Source: Podarcis liolepis (taxonomy: Eukaryota). Taken from it: DNA of 64,000 nucleotides. The stretch is from NCBI GenBank assembly GCA_965112155.1, contig OZ218113.1, one strand, 5' to 3'. The translations under genes and the position numbers were made by a program. Each line of letters begins with the position of its first letter. Position 1 is the first letter of the stretch. Below the pieces are notes generated by a model. The model saw only the letters and a program-made list of their open reading frames with translations. It was not told the DNA's origin and made no database searches. Shown here piece after piece: positions 54,901 through 64,000 of the stretch.

Positions 54901-57900
54901 TAGTTACTTGTTGTAGCTTGTTTTCACTTACCCCACCCCAGTGCTTGTACTCACTCAAAGGATGGTAGGAATAGGCCAATATATAACTGGACTGCCCCTG
55001 GATCAAGTGCCTGTTTTCTTTATATTCTCCAAGTTCTTAATCTAGCTGTTATCAGGTACTTAACTGACAATCAATCACAGTCAGTCCATCATTTAAAAAA
55101 TAAACTTTAGAGCTGTCTTACCCAAAAATGGCAACTAGACATTCTGTTTTAGCAACTGTAACCTTGGTTTAAGGAGCCATTTGATGCCTATCTTATAATA
55201 TATGAGTTTTTAACACTGATTTTATCTGCCTCAAAGCAGAGTTTCAGCATAATAATTCTACAAAGTATTTTAGGCTGAGATTTAGATATCAAGAAAAAAC
55301 CAGTTTGCCCAGCAGGGTTAGGCCTCAGATTTATGCATTCCCTCCTCTCCAGTTCATGAAAATGATAATTGCCATCTGATAAAAGTGGATTCTGGTCCAC
55401 AAAAGCTTATACCATTATATATGATAGTTTTTGAGGAGCTACACGAGTCTTTGTTGTTTTTTTGCTGCAACAGACTTAACACTGTTACCTCTCTCAGTAT
55501 TAATTTGCTGAGACATCCAAATCATGGCTACTGCAAACCGTAAGTCCTTTTCAGATGACAAGCTGAGGATAATGAATGCACACTTGAATGGAGGGAAGTG
55601 GGATCATAGCAACAGCTCCCACCCACTACTTACATTCAGGTTATAAATAGATCCTGCACGTGTAAGAGGTGTATGTGCATAAGGACCAGTGATTTAAGGG
55701 GGGGCTCTTTTTTTAGAAGAAAATTCATTGCTATATTTTTGGCAAAACAATATCCATGTCTATTTCAGGAAGTCAGTTAGTAATATAACAAATCAGACTG
55801 GGCAACTGAAATGCCTACAATATTATTTAGATCTAAAACTACAATTTTAATTAATGCTTTCCCCTAGAAATCATATATATTTCTGTGAAGAGCTATTCAT
55901 GCTTTCTAATATTATTATTTCCCCAGTTTATATACCACTTAACACTTCAGTCTCTAAGTCGTGTACAGTAAACAGATACAAGAAAAATAAAACAAGTTAA
56001 AACTAACCTTAAATCAAAATACCTCCTTAAACTGCCTACTCCATGTCTCCTTTAAGCTGAGAGAGCAGCCAAAGGGCGCCTTCATAGGTAAAAAACTGCA
56101 CTCAAAAGTAAGGGTGCTTCATGCACAAGCTCCTTGCAAAATAAAAAAAAAACTCTGACCTGCGGTTTTTGGACTGGTGTCTGGACTGGAACATAGTTAA
56201 TTTTAGTACGCTAACAGTTTTCAGTGTCTTCAATTTTTGATTTAAAATCTAAACTATGTAAGGGATGTATAAGCTATTACATCTTAGTATTCCAATAAAA
56301 AAAATCACATAAGCCTCTGAATTTGTTTGATTATCATATTTAAATCACACATGCCTATAGGACTGCAGCACAAGTGAACATTACTGAGGGAGGGGAAGCC
56401 TAATATTTCAATTCAACTACTTTTGGCTATTTGTGGGGGAAGCTTTTCATGTGTTTATTAAGGATGCAAAATTAGCATGACCTTATTTCTTACCTTGGTT
56501 TATAACTTTGCCTCTTTTCCATTCCTCCTCAAAACTCAACCTTCCTGGTAAACCTTTTCATCACCCCACTAGCACATGTCATTAAACAATCCTGTGCCTT
56601 CCATTTCCAACCCCCTTCCTTTGTTGTTTCCTTGTGTCTATTTTAGACTGTAAGCCCCTTTGGGCTTGAGACCTGTCATACCTGTTCTTTGTAAAACAGC
56701 ATGTACAGTAATAGTGCTGTAAATAAATATATAAATGCAAGTCAACTAAACATGCTCAACAAGGCCCACTTAGCTCTGTGTAAAATTGCCTTGAAGGCTT
56801 TCTAGAAAAATTTCTAGAAAACCCACTAAGTTTATTCTTGGTATGAGCTTTCATTTGCATGCACACGTATTCAGACACCTGAAGAAGTATCTGAAGAAGT
56901 GTGCATGCACACGAAAGCTCATACCAAGAACAAACCTACTTGGTCTCTAAGGTGCTACTGGACAATTTTTTTTATTTTATATTTCTACTGCATCAGACCA
57001 ACATGGCTACCTACCTGAATCTAGAAAACCCACATTACTGGCTTTTCCATACCATCAGGAAACCTGCTTCTTCAGCACCCCCAGTACACTGAAAAAGCTG
57101 TGCACACATATCCTTCCTTCTACATTTTATTTAATACCAGGATGCACATAAGAGCTATTTGGACACTATTCAGAATATACATCAGTCAAGGGTAGACACT
57201 TTCAATGAAATATCACATCTCCCCATCAATTATCCCTGGTTTGTTACAGCTATTGGTTTGCTTCCACACCAAAACAGAAACTATAGTTAGAAATCTGATT
57301 TGGAAGCAAACTTTGGTTTGCAATAATCATAGCTTACCTCAAGGTTGGCTCACCTTTAGACCTCTAGATGTTGGTCAACTACACCTGTCACCATCCCTGG
57401 CCATTGGCCATGTTGACTGGAGCTGATGAGAGTTGGCATCCAGCAACTTCTGGAGGGCCACAGGTTCCCCATCCCAGTTTACCTGATTTGGGCATCACAG
57501 CAAACTATAGTTATAGCAAAGCAAAGTGAAGGAAGAAGTCCAAGACACGAGCCTAACCATCAAACATGGATTGGCGGCTATCTGTAACATGTGAACCAGG
57601 TCACTGCCATGTGCCCAAGACCAACCAATAAAGTCCATAGTTAAAAGCTGATTTGAACCATTATCTTCCCCATCTAAGTCATCATCCAGAATTCACACAC
57701 CATTTCTTGGACAATCACATCACTTTAAAACCTAGCTCCCTGCAATTTTATTATGAAACACTATATTTAGAAGAAGTGTGCTTGTGGGTACCAGATACTA
57801 GGAGGAAGAGAAGATGGTACTCCCATCAAACCCTCTTGTGCAATTTCAGAGGCATCTGGCTGGCAACTGTTACAAACTGAAAGTAAGTCTAGCTAGCCCT

Positions 57901-59814
57901 TTAGTTTAGCAAAGGGACTAAGAATATGAACCACCAAGACCCTAGTTCAAATTTTACTTCAGCCAGAAGTCCCTAGACAGTCCAACTCAGGTCATTCACT
58001 TAATCTCCTACTGTGGGATAACAACAATGTCTGATAAGAAACATAGGTTGAGAACTTTCAGTCAGTGCTCATCTCAACCTAACACGACTTAGTAGGTTGT
58101 TGCAATGATCACAAAGATAATGTATAATAGAAGGCACTAAGTAGAAAACACTTATTTAGCCAACAACAGTTTTTTTTCCCCTTAAGCACTTTGTGTGACA
58201 TTACCTCCAATGTTATCCATCCACATTGCATTCAAGCCTATGGGACTTACATCCCAAGCAAATCTGCTTCGGGTCAGGCTGCAACTATGCATAGCTGCTC
58301 AAGAATAAGTGATATTTACTTTTCAGTAAATATGCAAAGAAATAGGAATGCTTTTTTTCAAACACAATCTCTTCTATTACAGCAGGGAGACATCAGAACA
58401 TTACCACATCTGCAAAGTGTGTGACAAACTATAGAATATTTCACAACCCGCCCTTCACCAAAAGCTGATATTGGAGTTGTCCCCATGACCAAGCAAATTA
58501 TAACCACCACATCATCAAGACAACGTAAGCTTACAGTATTTGTCTTCTTCCTTTAATCCAGGTACACTGCACCTGAACCCTGAGAAAGATGCTTCTACAC
58601 TTCCGCATTTTTAATGTAAGAAATTATCTTCTCAGAGACACATTTGTGCTCTTTCACGACCAGGCTTCTAAATAACAACTGGTTGATGGCAAAATAGATT
58701 GCACCATACAGACAGGTGTCTCTAATTCAGCCTAGCAAGTGGTGAAATACATCACCACCCCAACGTTGTGCACCTGGGATTTTGTGGTGCCTTAAAACCC
58801 AAGTAGTTTATTATAACAGGATCTTCTGTAGCAAGCACCGCGGGGAGGAGTGAAACTAGTGTATATATACACTTGTAAATTTTTTCATGGTATGAGAGTC
58901 AGATTTTGCAAGATGCATAAACACATACTGAATACACACCAGCCAAACACCACTGCCCACTTACTTCATGCATCTGAATCAGGAGGCTCTTCACAGTAAT
59001 TTGTAAAATGTTCAAGTTATCAAAAGATCATTATTACATGGCTACTTTTCAAGAACTTGGGAATTAGGAGACAACTATGCATGAATCCAACCCCCATAGT
59101 ATGCTTTGATACTTCCAAAACACAAACAGCCCAAAAAGGAGGCAAGTGAGGTTGCCAAGCCACTCACAGGAACCAGCAAGGGCAGCTTTGCCAGGAGCCT
59201 ACAGATCCCACTGCTCGCTCTCTCTCTCTGACAGTGTCAAGTTTGGACGAAAAAGACTTGGGGTGGGGGGTGCGCAAGGCTGCCAACCTCTCAACAGGTT
59301 GCTGCAGCTCGGCCTTTCCCCTGGGCAGATCTTTCCTGCTTGTTTACGTCCTATCGCCTCATGCACAGCAGTGAACGTCCATTGTAGGAGGCATCCTTCG
59401 GGTCCAGCTGGTGGGTTTAAAGCGGGGTAGGTCAGGAAAAGGAGGGGGGAGAAAGAGAAAGGAGGGGTGGCGGCTGCTAGATGCCAACTTCCCCACGGGC
59501 CTTTTCTCCTGTGCCTTTAACAGCAGCAGTAGTAGAATATAGAGCCGCCTCGCTCAGGGGGGTGTGGGGAGAAAACTATTCCTATGGGGGAAAGACCTGC
59601 CCCGCTCGCTCTTCTTCCCTTCAGCCAAGGGCCGGAGCCTGCTTTTGAGGCCGAGAGCTCTCGCTCCCATGGCGGGAGGGAAGAGGCCGAGGCGGCGGGG
59701 ATGGCCATTCCATGGAAGCCCCTCCATAGGCAGGCAGAGAGATGCTCCCCCACTCGGGAGAGGCCTAGCAGCAGCAGCGGCGCCTCCTCACCAGGAGTAG
59801 GTCTGCTCCGCCAT
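26852..59814 (-). CDS. SPPL3: Signal peptide peptidase-like 3, GxGD intramembrane aspartyl protease; spliced CDS span, 11 exons, 384 aa
   Basis: Minus-strand exons 59792-59814, 40141-40218, 39092-39180, 37785-37904, 35365-35443, 34114-34226, 31953-32059, 29826-29989, 29405-29604, 28183-28292 and 26852-26923 sum to 1155 nt in frame. The YD, LGIGD and QPALLY motifs are intact; the protein runs from MAEQTYSW to SRFLEV. Confidence 0.98.
27463..27944. mobile_element. Degenerate Tigger-like element in SPPL3 intron 10
   Basis: TA-CAGGCAACTCCCCACTTAC start; GTAAGTGGGGAG at the right end. Confidence 0.5.
28183..28292 (-). CDS. SPPL3: SPPL3 exon 10 ([37 protein letters not shown]; PAL motif)
   Basis: ttgcag acceptor, gtgaga donor, 110 nt. 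Confidence 0.96.
29405..29604 (-). CDS. SPPL3: SPPL3 exon 9 ([29 protein letters not shown]...HCTLIGYFV; catalytic GxGD)
   Basis: ttccag acceptor, gtaagg donor, 200 nt. Confidence 0.96.
29826..29989 (-). CDS. SPPL3: SPPL3 exon 8 ([54 protein letters not shown])
   Basis: Poly-C tract followed by cag acceptor, gtagga donor, 164 nt. Confidence 0.96.
30388..31188 (-). mobile_element. L1/Tx1-type LINE 3' fragment
   Basis: Zinc knuckle [19 protein letters not shown]; AATAAA and A-rich tail; 10-bp TSD ATTGTGCCAT (30378-30387 and 31189-31198). Confidence 0.85.
31953..32059 (-). CDS. SPPL3: SPPL3 exon 7 ([36 protein letters not shown]; catalytic YD)
   Basis: ttgtag acceptor, gtgagt donor, 107 nt. 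Confidence 0.96.
33957..33990. repeat. (CG)n(CA)n microsatellite
   Basis: Read directly from the sequence. Confidence 0.9.
34114..34226 (-). CDS. SPPL3: SPPL3 exon 6 ([37 protein letters not shown])
   Basis: ttccag acceptor, gtaagt donor, 113 nt. Confidence 0.96.
35365..35443 (-). CDS. SPPL3: SPPL3 exon 5 ([27 protein letters not shown])
   Basis: ctccag acceptor, gtaagg donor, 79 nt. Confidence 0.96.
36309..36519. mobile_element. hAT MITE with GATCTAC subterminal repeats
   Basis: CAGGGGTGGCCAAC...GTTGGACATGCCTG; TSD CTCTAGTC / CTGTAGTC. Confidence 0.8.
36799..37039. mobile_element. Tigger-like MITE
   Basis: TA TSD; perfect 18-bp TIR CAGTGGTACCTCGGGTTA. Confidence 0.9.
37785..37904 (-). 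CDS. SPPL3: SPPL3 exon 4 ([40 protein letters not shown])
   Basis: ctgcag acceptor, gtaact donor, 120 nt. Confidence 0.96.
39092..39180 (-). CDS. SPPL3: SPPL3 exon 3 ([29 protein letters not shown])
   Basis: ctgtag acceptor, gtaaga donor, 89 nt. Confidence 0.96.
39442..39693 (-). mobile_element. Squam3-type SINE
   Basis: Same family as 12719-12960; the head is clipped and abuts a DNA transposon half. Confidence 0.8.
39694..40005. mobile_element. One half of a Tc2/pogo-like non-autonomous transposon
   Basis: Ends GGGCGAAAAATACGG-TA (CCGTATTTTTCGC-type TIR); GC-rich hairpin interior; the other end is missing. Confidence 0.7.
40141..40218 (-). CDS. SPPL3: SPPL3 exon 2 ([26 protein letters not shown])
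   Basis: ttccag acceptor, gtatga donor, 78 nt. Confidence 0.96.
42910..43099 (+). mobile_element. Penelope-like fold-back element, palindrome centred at 42983/42984
   Basis: 12-bp TSD AACAGGATTCTA (42898-42909 and 43100-43111); about 63-bp near-perfect arms; same family as 56827-57019. Confidence 0.75.
46731..46988. mobile_element. Tigger-like MITE with a 16-bp tandem expansion
   Basis: TA TSD and TIRs; (TGTAACCTGAAGCGTA)3 at 46921-46968. Confidence 0.9.
49487..49622. mobile_element. Palindromic hAT MITE
   Basis: TSD GTGTAGAC / GTGTAGAT; CCAGATGTTTTGGGACTACAA...TTGTAGTCCCAAAACATCTGG arms. Confidence 0.85.
50875..51021. mobile_element. Old hAT-like MITE; family repeated in SPPL3 intron 1
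   Basis: CAGTGTTAGAAACT...ATTTCAAACACGG; relatives near 51442, 52060-52124, 54625-54784 and 55130-55218, two of which share GGCAACTAGACATTCTGTTTT. Confidence 0.55.
51568..51813. mobile_element. Tigger-like MITE, another subfamily
   Basis: TA-CAGTCATACCTC...GAGGTACCACTG-TA; CpG-rich interior. Confidence 0.8.
55373..55493 (+). mobile_element. Older Penelope-like fragment with a decayed hammerhead
   Basis: CATCTGATAAAAGTGGATTCTGGTCCACAAAAGCTTATACC followed by a CAGACTTAACACTGTTAC end; same layout as the younger copies. Confidence 0.5.
56827..57019 (+). mobile_element. Penelope-like element pLTR fragment with an inverted 5' arm
   Basis: 14-bp TSD TCTAGAAAACCCAC (56813-56826 and 57020-57033); inverted arms; contains GAAAGCTCATACC...GGTCTCTAAGGTGCTAC...CCAACATGGCTAC, which I recognise as a reptile Penelope end. 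Confidence 0.75.
56887..56924 (+). ncRNA. Minimal type I hammerhead ribozyme motif, Penelope-associated
   Basis: Stem I GTAT/ATAC; core CTGAAGA plus one extra A; helix II GTGTG-CATG-CACAC; GAAA; self-complementary AGCT in place of helix III; predicted cleavage after C56920. Confidence 0.7.
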
Positions 59815-60660
59815 GGCGCCGGCGCCGGCCGCTCCTCTCCCTCCTCGTCCTTCCCGTCGTCGTCTTCGTCGTGTCCTCCTGGCTCCCTCTCCCCTTCTCA
59901 GAGGGCTCAGCGGCGGTCCCGCTGCGGCTCCCGGCCCAACATGGCGGCCTCGGCGGCGGCGGCTGAGAGGCGAAGAAGGGAACCCCCTCCGCCCGGGCGG
60001 AGACGCCTCAGCGGCAGCCGCGCCACACGAACCGCAGCGGCAGCAGCTGGGCCGCGCTCCAGCGACGGCGGGCGGGCCTCATGACCGACGGCTACCACGA
60101 CGAGGAGGCGGCGGCGGCGGCGCTGGCCGAGGTGTGTGAGGGGGAACGGGCGGCCAACGAACAACTCCGAAGGCGAGACCGCGCTTGCTCGCTCGCGCGT
60201 CCTCGGGCGGCGGGGGGGGGGGGGAGAGGAGGAGAGAGCGCGAGGGGGCGGGGCTTGATAGGTAGCGCGCGCGCACCACGCCAGGCTAGCGACGCTGGCG
60301 GGTCACGTGCTCACAACAGGCTCACGTGTTTCGACGCAGCAGCCTTTGAGGAAGGAGTCAGAGAGAGAGGGGAGAGAGACGGGTTTTTTGTCGTCTTTAT
60401 GTGTTTGTTTGGAGGCCCGGCGCGCAGCACGCTGTGGGATATGGTTGGGATGAAGGTGAACCGGCAGATGGAGGCGAGTTTAAGGAGAAGAGGGGGCGGG
60501 GATGATGAAGATGATCTCATTGCGCCTGCGCGGCATCCACCCGCGGTGGATAGAAGGGATTCTTTTTTGTTTCCCCCGCCGGGAATCGACGAAGCTTCCT
60601 CGGAAAATGCAGGCGGGCGGGCTGTTTCTCTCACTCGCACCAGCGAAAATTATTAGTATT
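59530..60660 (-). promoter_or_regulatory. SPPL3 CpG island, promoter and 5' leader
   Basis: About 1.1 kb CpG-dense region. GC box GGGGCGGGGC at 60245-60254, GCGC repeat at 60265-60274, CACGTG E-boxes at 60304-60309 and 60323-60328, YY1-type AACATGGCGGC at 59938-59948. Confidence 0.85.
59792..59814 (-). CDS. SPPL3: SPPL3 coding exon 1 (MAEQTYSW)
   Basis: Strong Kozak GGCGCCATGG; donor TG|gtgag; 23 nt. Confidence 0.95.
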
Positions 60661-61246
60661 GCTTTGTTATTAGCACGTGCTGTTTACAAATTGTTCTGTT
60701 TATATATGAGCTGGCAATATACATTATATAGCATTGTTACTATTATTTATTAAATTTATTAGGCGGTGTTTTTCTGCCATAGCAACTTAAAATATGTTAA
60801 GCGAAAAACCACACATATATATACATTGAAACCAGCGTTTTAAAAAATCAATTGTTTTTTGTAAAGATTGTTTTATATTATTTCTTTATTATTTTTCTTT
60901 TTAGGGATAATCGTTTTTTGCTATTTTCTTGTAAATGAGTTTGAATTTTTGTCTTTTAAAATGCTAAAAGAACTTTCAATAAAATTGCTATATATATAAA
61001 AAAGAAACCAGAATTTTTAAAAAATCTAGGAGGATCTAAAACAATTACAATAATTTTATAGCATAGTGCAGTATTGTATTATATTTGTTACCTTTGCATC
61101 CTGCTTTTTCCTCAAAGGCAGCATACATGGTTCTTTCCATTTAATCCCTACAACAAGCCTGTGAGCTAGGTTGGGCTGAGAGTTCACAACTGGCCCCTAA
61201 GGTCGTCTAGTGAGCACGTGGTGCTACGGAACTTACCACCAACCTA

Positions 61247-61579
61247 AAGGGACCCCTGACCATTAGGTCCAGTCATGACCGACTCTGGGGTTGCAGCACT
61301 CATCTCGCTTTATTGGCCGAGGGAGCCGGCATACAACTTCCAGGTCATGTGGCCGGCATGACTAAGCCACTTCTGGCGAACCAGAGCAGTGCATGGAAAC
61401 GCCGTTACCTTCCTGCCAGAGTGGTACCTATTTATCTACTTGCACTTTGATGTGCTTTCGAGCTGCTACGTTGGCAGGAGCTGGGACCAAGCAACGGGAG
61501 CTCACCCTGTCCAACCGCCGACCTTCTGATCGGCAAGTCCTAGGCTCTGTGGTTTAACCCACAGCACCACCTGCGTCCC
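61247..61579 (-). mobile_element. Sauria SINE, full length
   Basis: Highly similar to 381-734; 12-bp TSD ACCACCAACCTA (61235-61246 and 61580-61591). Confidence 0.9.
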
Positions 61580-61850
61580 ACCACCAACCTAGATGGCTTT
61601 TAAAGTGGGTTAGACAAATTCATGGAGGAGAGGGCTATCCATGGGAACTAGCTATGATGGCTATCATCTGCCTCCGGCAGCAGCAGCAATGCTTCCAAAT
61701 ACCAGCTGCTGGAAATCGCAGGAGGGGAAAATGCTCTTGTACTGGGCTCCTGCTTTGTGGGATTCTCCATGGGGCATCTGGTTGGCCACTGTGAGAAAAG
61801 GATGCTGGACTAGATGGGCCATTGGGCCTGATCCAGTAAGCTCTTCTTAT
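61580..61850 (+). mobile_element. CR1 LINE 3' end
   Basis: Same family as 8855-9142; ends CTCTTCTTAT. Confidence 0.72.
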
Positions 61851-62506
61851 CGGCATCCACAGCAGCTGAAACATCTGATTGTAGGCTTTGGAGATGGACA
61901 TATGTGTGATTTTGTTTTTAAGCTTCAATTTGGGTTTTTATTTAAATTCTGTTCTAAGAGATGGTGGATGAACAGTGGAGGCTGGTCCATTAGGGCAAAT
62001 GGGGTACTGCCCCACCAACCATATTCCTCTCTCAGCCAGCTCCCACCTGCCTGCCTTCTCTTTTGGAACTGGCTGTCAGTTTCCTCCTCCTCAGTTTCAG
62101 CATTGCTCTTGTTGAACTCAGCAGGAAAGAGGATTGGAAGAAACCTATTATTTGTTGGCTCTCCTACTTGCTTGCGTTCCTTTCGTTCCACAGCCATCAG
62201 TGAAGACCAGTGAACTGTGTTGTCCTTCCCCCCTACTTGTGCTTCCCGAATATTTTTCACATTTACTGGAAGCGCAGAACTATATCCAAAGATGCTGCTG
62301 GCATACAAAGTGGACGAGCTGTTCCTTCAGCCTATGTATATTATACATAGGCCTTCTAGGTGTAGATTCAATGCAATGGTGTAGTTCAAACGATGGGAAC
62401 ATAGGAAGCTGCATTATACAGTGGGAAAGAGTATTTTGGAAATATGTAAACCTTTGGTCCTGATCCCCCTAAAGCCCTCTAGAGTCTGTGACAAGGACTC
62501 TCCAAT

Positions 62507-62507
<1 letters not shown>

Positions 62508-62537
<30 letters not shown>

Positions 62538-62797
62538 AAGAAGAAGAAGAAGAAGAAGAATTTGGACTTGATATCCCACCTTTTACTCCCCTTAAGGAGT
62601 CTCAAAGCACCTAACAATCTCCTTTCCCTTCCTCCCCCACAACAAACACTCTGGGAGGTGAGTGGGGCTGAGAGACTTCAGAGAAGTGTGACTGGCCCAA
62701 GGTCACCCAGCAGCTGCAGGTGGAGGAGCGGGGAATCAAACCCAGTTCACCAGATTACGAGTCCACTGCTCTTAACCACTATACCACGTTGGCTCTC
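62508..62797 (-). mobile_element. Squam3-type SINE with an expanded (CTT)17 tail
   Basis: (AAG)17 at 62508-62558 followed by the SINE body and head. Confidence 0.82.
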
Positions 62798-62805
62798 TTT
62801 TGGAA

Positions 62806-63352
62806 GACAAGAAGAGCCTGCTGGATCAGACCAATGGCCCGTGTAGTTCAGCATCCTATTCTCACAGTGGCAAGCCAAATACATGTGGGAACCCTGCAAG
62901 CAGGACCCAGGCACAAGAGCCCTCTCCCCTCCTAAGATTTCCAGCAACTGGCATTCCGAAATATTATTGCCTCCTAGAGCATAGCCATTGTGACTAATAG
63001 CCATTGATAGCCTTATTGAATTTGTCCAGTCTTCCTTTAAAGCCATCCAAGTTGGTGGTCATCCCAGCCTCCGGTAGGAGCAAGTTCCATAATGTGCTTT
63101 CCTCTGTCCTAAATATTAACAACATTCAGTTTCATTTGATGTCCATAAGTTCTAGTGTTATGAGAGAAGGAGAAAAACCTTTCTCTATCAACTTTCCCGA
63201 TCCCATGCATAATTTTATAAACTTCTATCATGTTCCAACCACTGATAGGGGAGTTGCTCCATCCCCTTTATCATTTTGATTGCTCTTTTCTTAACCTTTT
63301 CCAATTCTGCAATAACCTTTTTCAGGTGAAGCGACCAGAAGTATACACAGCC
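62806..63352 (-). mobile_element. CR1 LINE 3' fragment
   Basis: Reverse complement of the CR1 3' UTR plus degenerate ORF2 sequence. Confidence 0.72.
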
Positions 63353-64000
63353 TTGTTCTGGATCTCTGGACACCCACTTAGTTTAAGAGGAACAATTGCA
63401 ATGACTGCTTAAAACATGATTATTTATTACTGCATTTATATTCTACCTTTCCTCCAAGGAGTTCAAGGTGGCACACATAGTTCTCCACCTCCTCATTTTT
63501 TCCTCACAACAACCCTGTGAAGTAGGTAAGGTTAAGAGGCAGTGGCTGGCCCAACGTCACCCTTTGTACTCTTATAATGGTGGGCATATTCTACATTGCC
63601 ATTAAAGTCAGTCACCAAGTCTGTAGTCATATTCTGCCAATAAGCAGAAGCATCATCACTCTTAACCATTTTTACAGAGAAAGAAGTGTTTTCTTTAAAC
63701 GATTGCACTGTTATTTGACAGGTGTCAGGTGGTTTAAATTTCTAAATGACGCATTTGATGGTACAAAAGATGCCAATGCAGATGACATACAGCCAAATAC
63801 AATTGGAATTCAGGCTACAGAAGGCAGCACCTGCAAGACACCAGAAGGAAGATCAGTTTTGACAGCTGTTAAGACTTCCCCAAAAAGTTATATGGCTTTA
63901 GCCGTGGGTTTAGTTTCAGGGATAGTGAATTCATTTGCAGTTTTGACTCAGGTTTTGTCTCTTTAATTTCAAAAGATGCCAAGAGGTATCCCCCTTTGTT

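Noticed and set aside
52060-55150. Identical 21-mer GGCAACTAGACATTCTGTTTT at 52060 and 55130 as a long TSD or local duplication
   Set aside because: Both copies sit beside GAGTTT(C/T)TAACACTG ends of the same old hAT-like family, so they are dispersed TE copies.
58780-59050. Further possible Penelope or hammerhead remnant
   Set aside because: Too degenerate: there is no intact CUGANGA/GAAA core and no TSD that I can define.
59564-60656. Long + strand ORFs (166, 108 and 191 aa) over the SPPL3 promoter
   Set aside because: Low-complexity Ala/Arg/Pro/Gly translations typical of CpG islands; no recognisable domain.
61925-62308. 127-aa minus-strand ORF
   Set aside because: No recognisable domain or clear splice structure, and it partly overlaps a probable DNA-transposon remnant near 61972.
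62421-62846. Poly-Lys ORF (also the poly-Ile ORF at 19139-19351)
   Set aside because: Translations of (AAG)n and (ATT)n retroposon tails.

Overview
Vertebrate genomic DNA, most likely a lacertid lizard, inferred from Sauria SINEs and (CTT)n-tailed Squam3-type SINEs. The window holds two complete, intact, convergent genes. ACADS lies on the + strand with 10 coding exons (1236-17527, 1242 nt, 413 aa). SPPL3 lies on the - strand with 11 coding exons (59814-26852, 1155 nt, 384 aa). Both start in CpG islands and every intron is GT-AG. The rest is dense with transposable elements: SINEs, CR1/L2/L1/RTE/BovB/RTE-X LINE pieces, a solo LTR, Tigger-like, Tc2-like and hAT MITEs, and Penelope-like fold-back elements. 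I find no new protein-coding system. The most unusual signals are non-coding. (1) A seemingly intact minimal type I hammerhead ribozyme in a Penelope-like palindrome in SPPL3 intron 1; a sister copy folds back exactly at the ribozyme's helix II. (2) Tigger-like elements around ACADS exon 4 built from interchangeable GC-rich hairpin modules that show a compensatory substitution. (3) Several well-preserved retrotransposition events: an RTE-X-like LINE in a SINE tail, a 5'-inverted L1, and a solo LTR next to a splice donor. (4) Two uORFs in the probable SPPL3 leader. Repeat family names come from recognition, not database searches.
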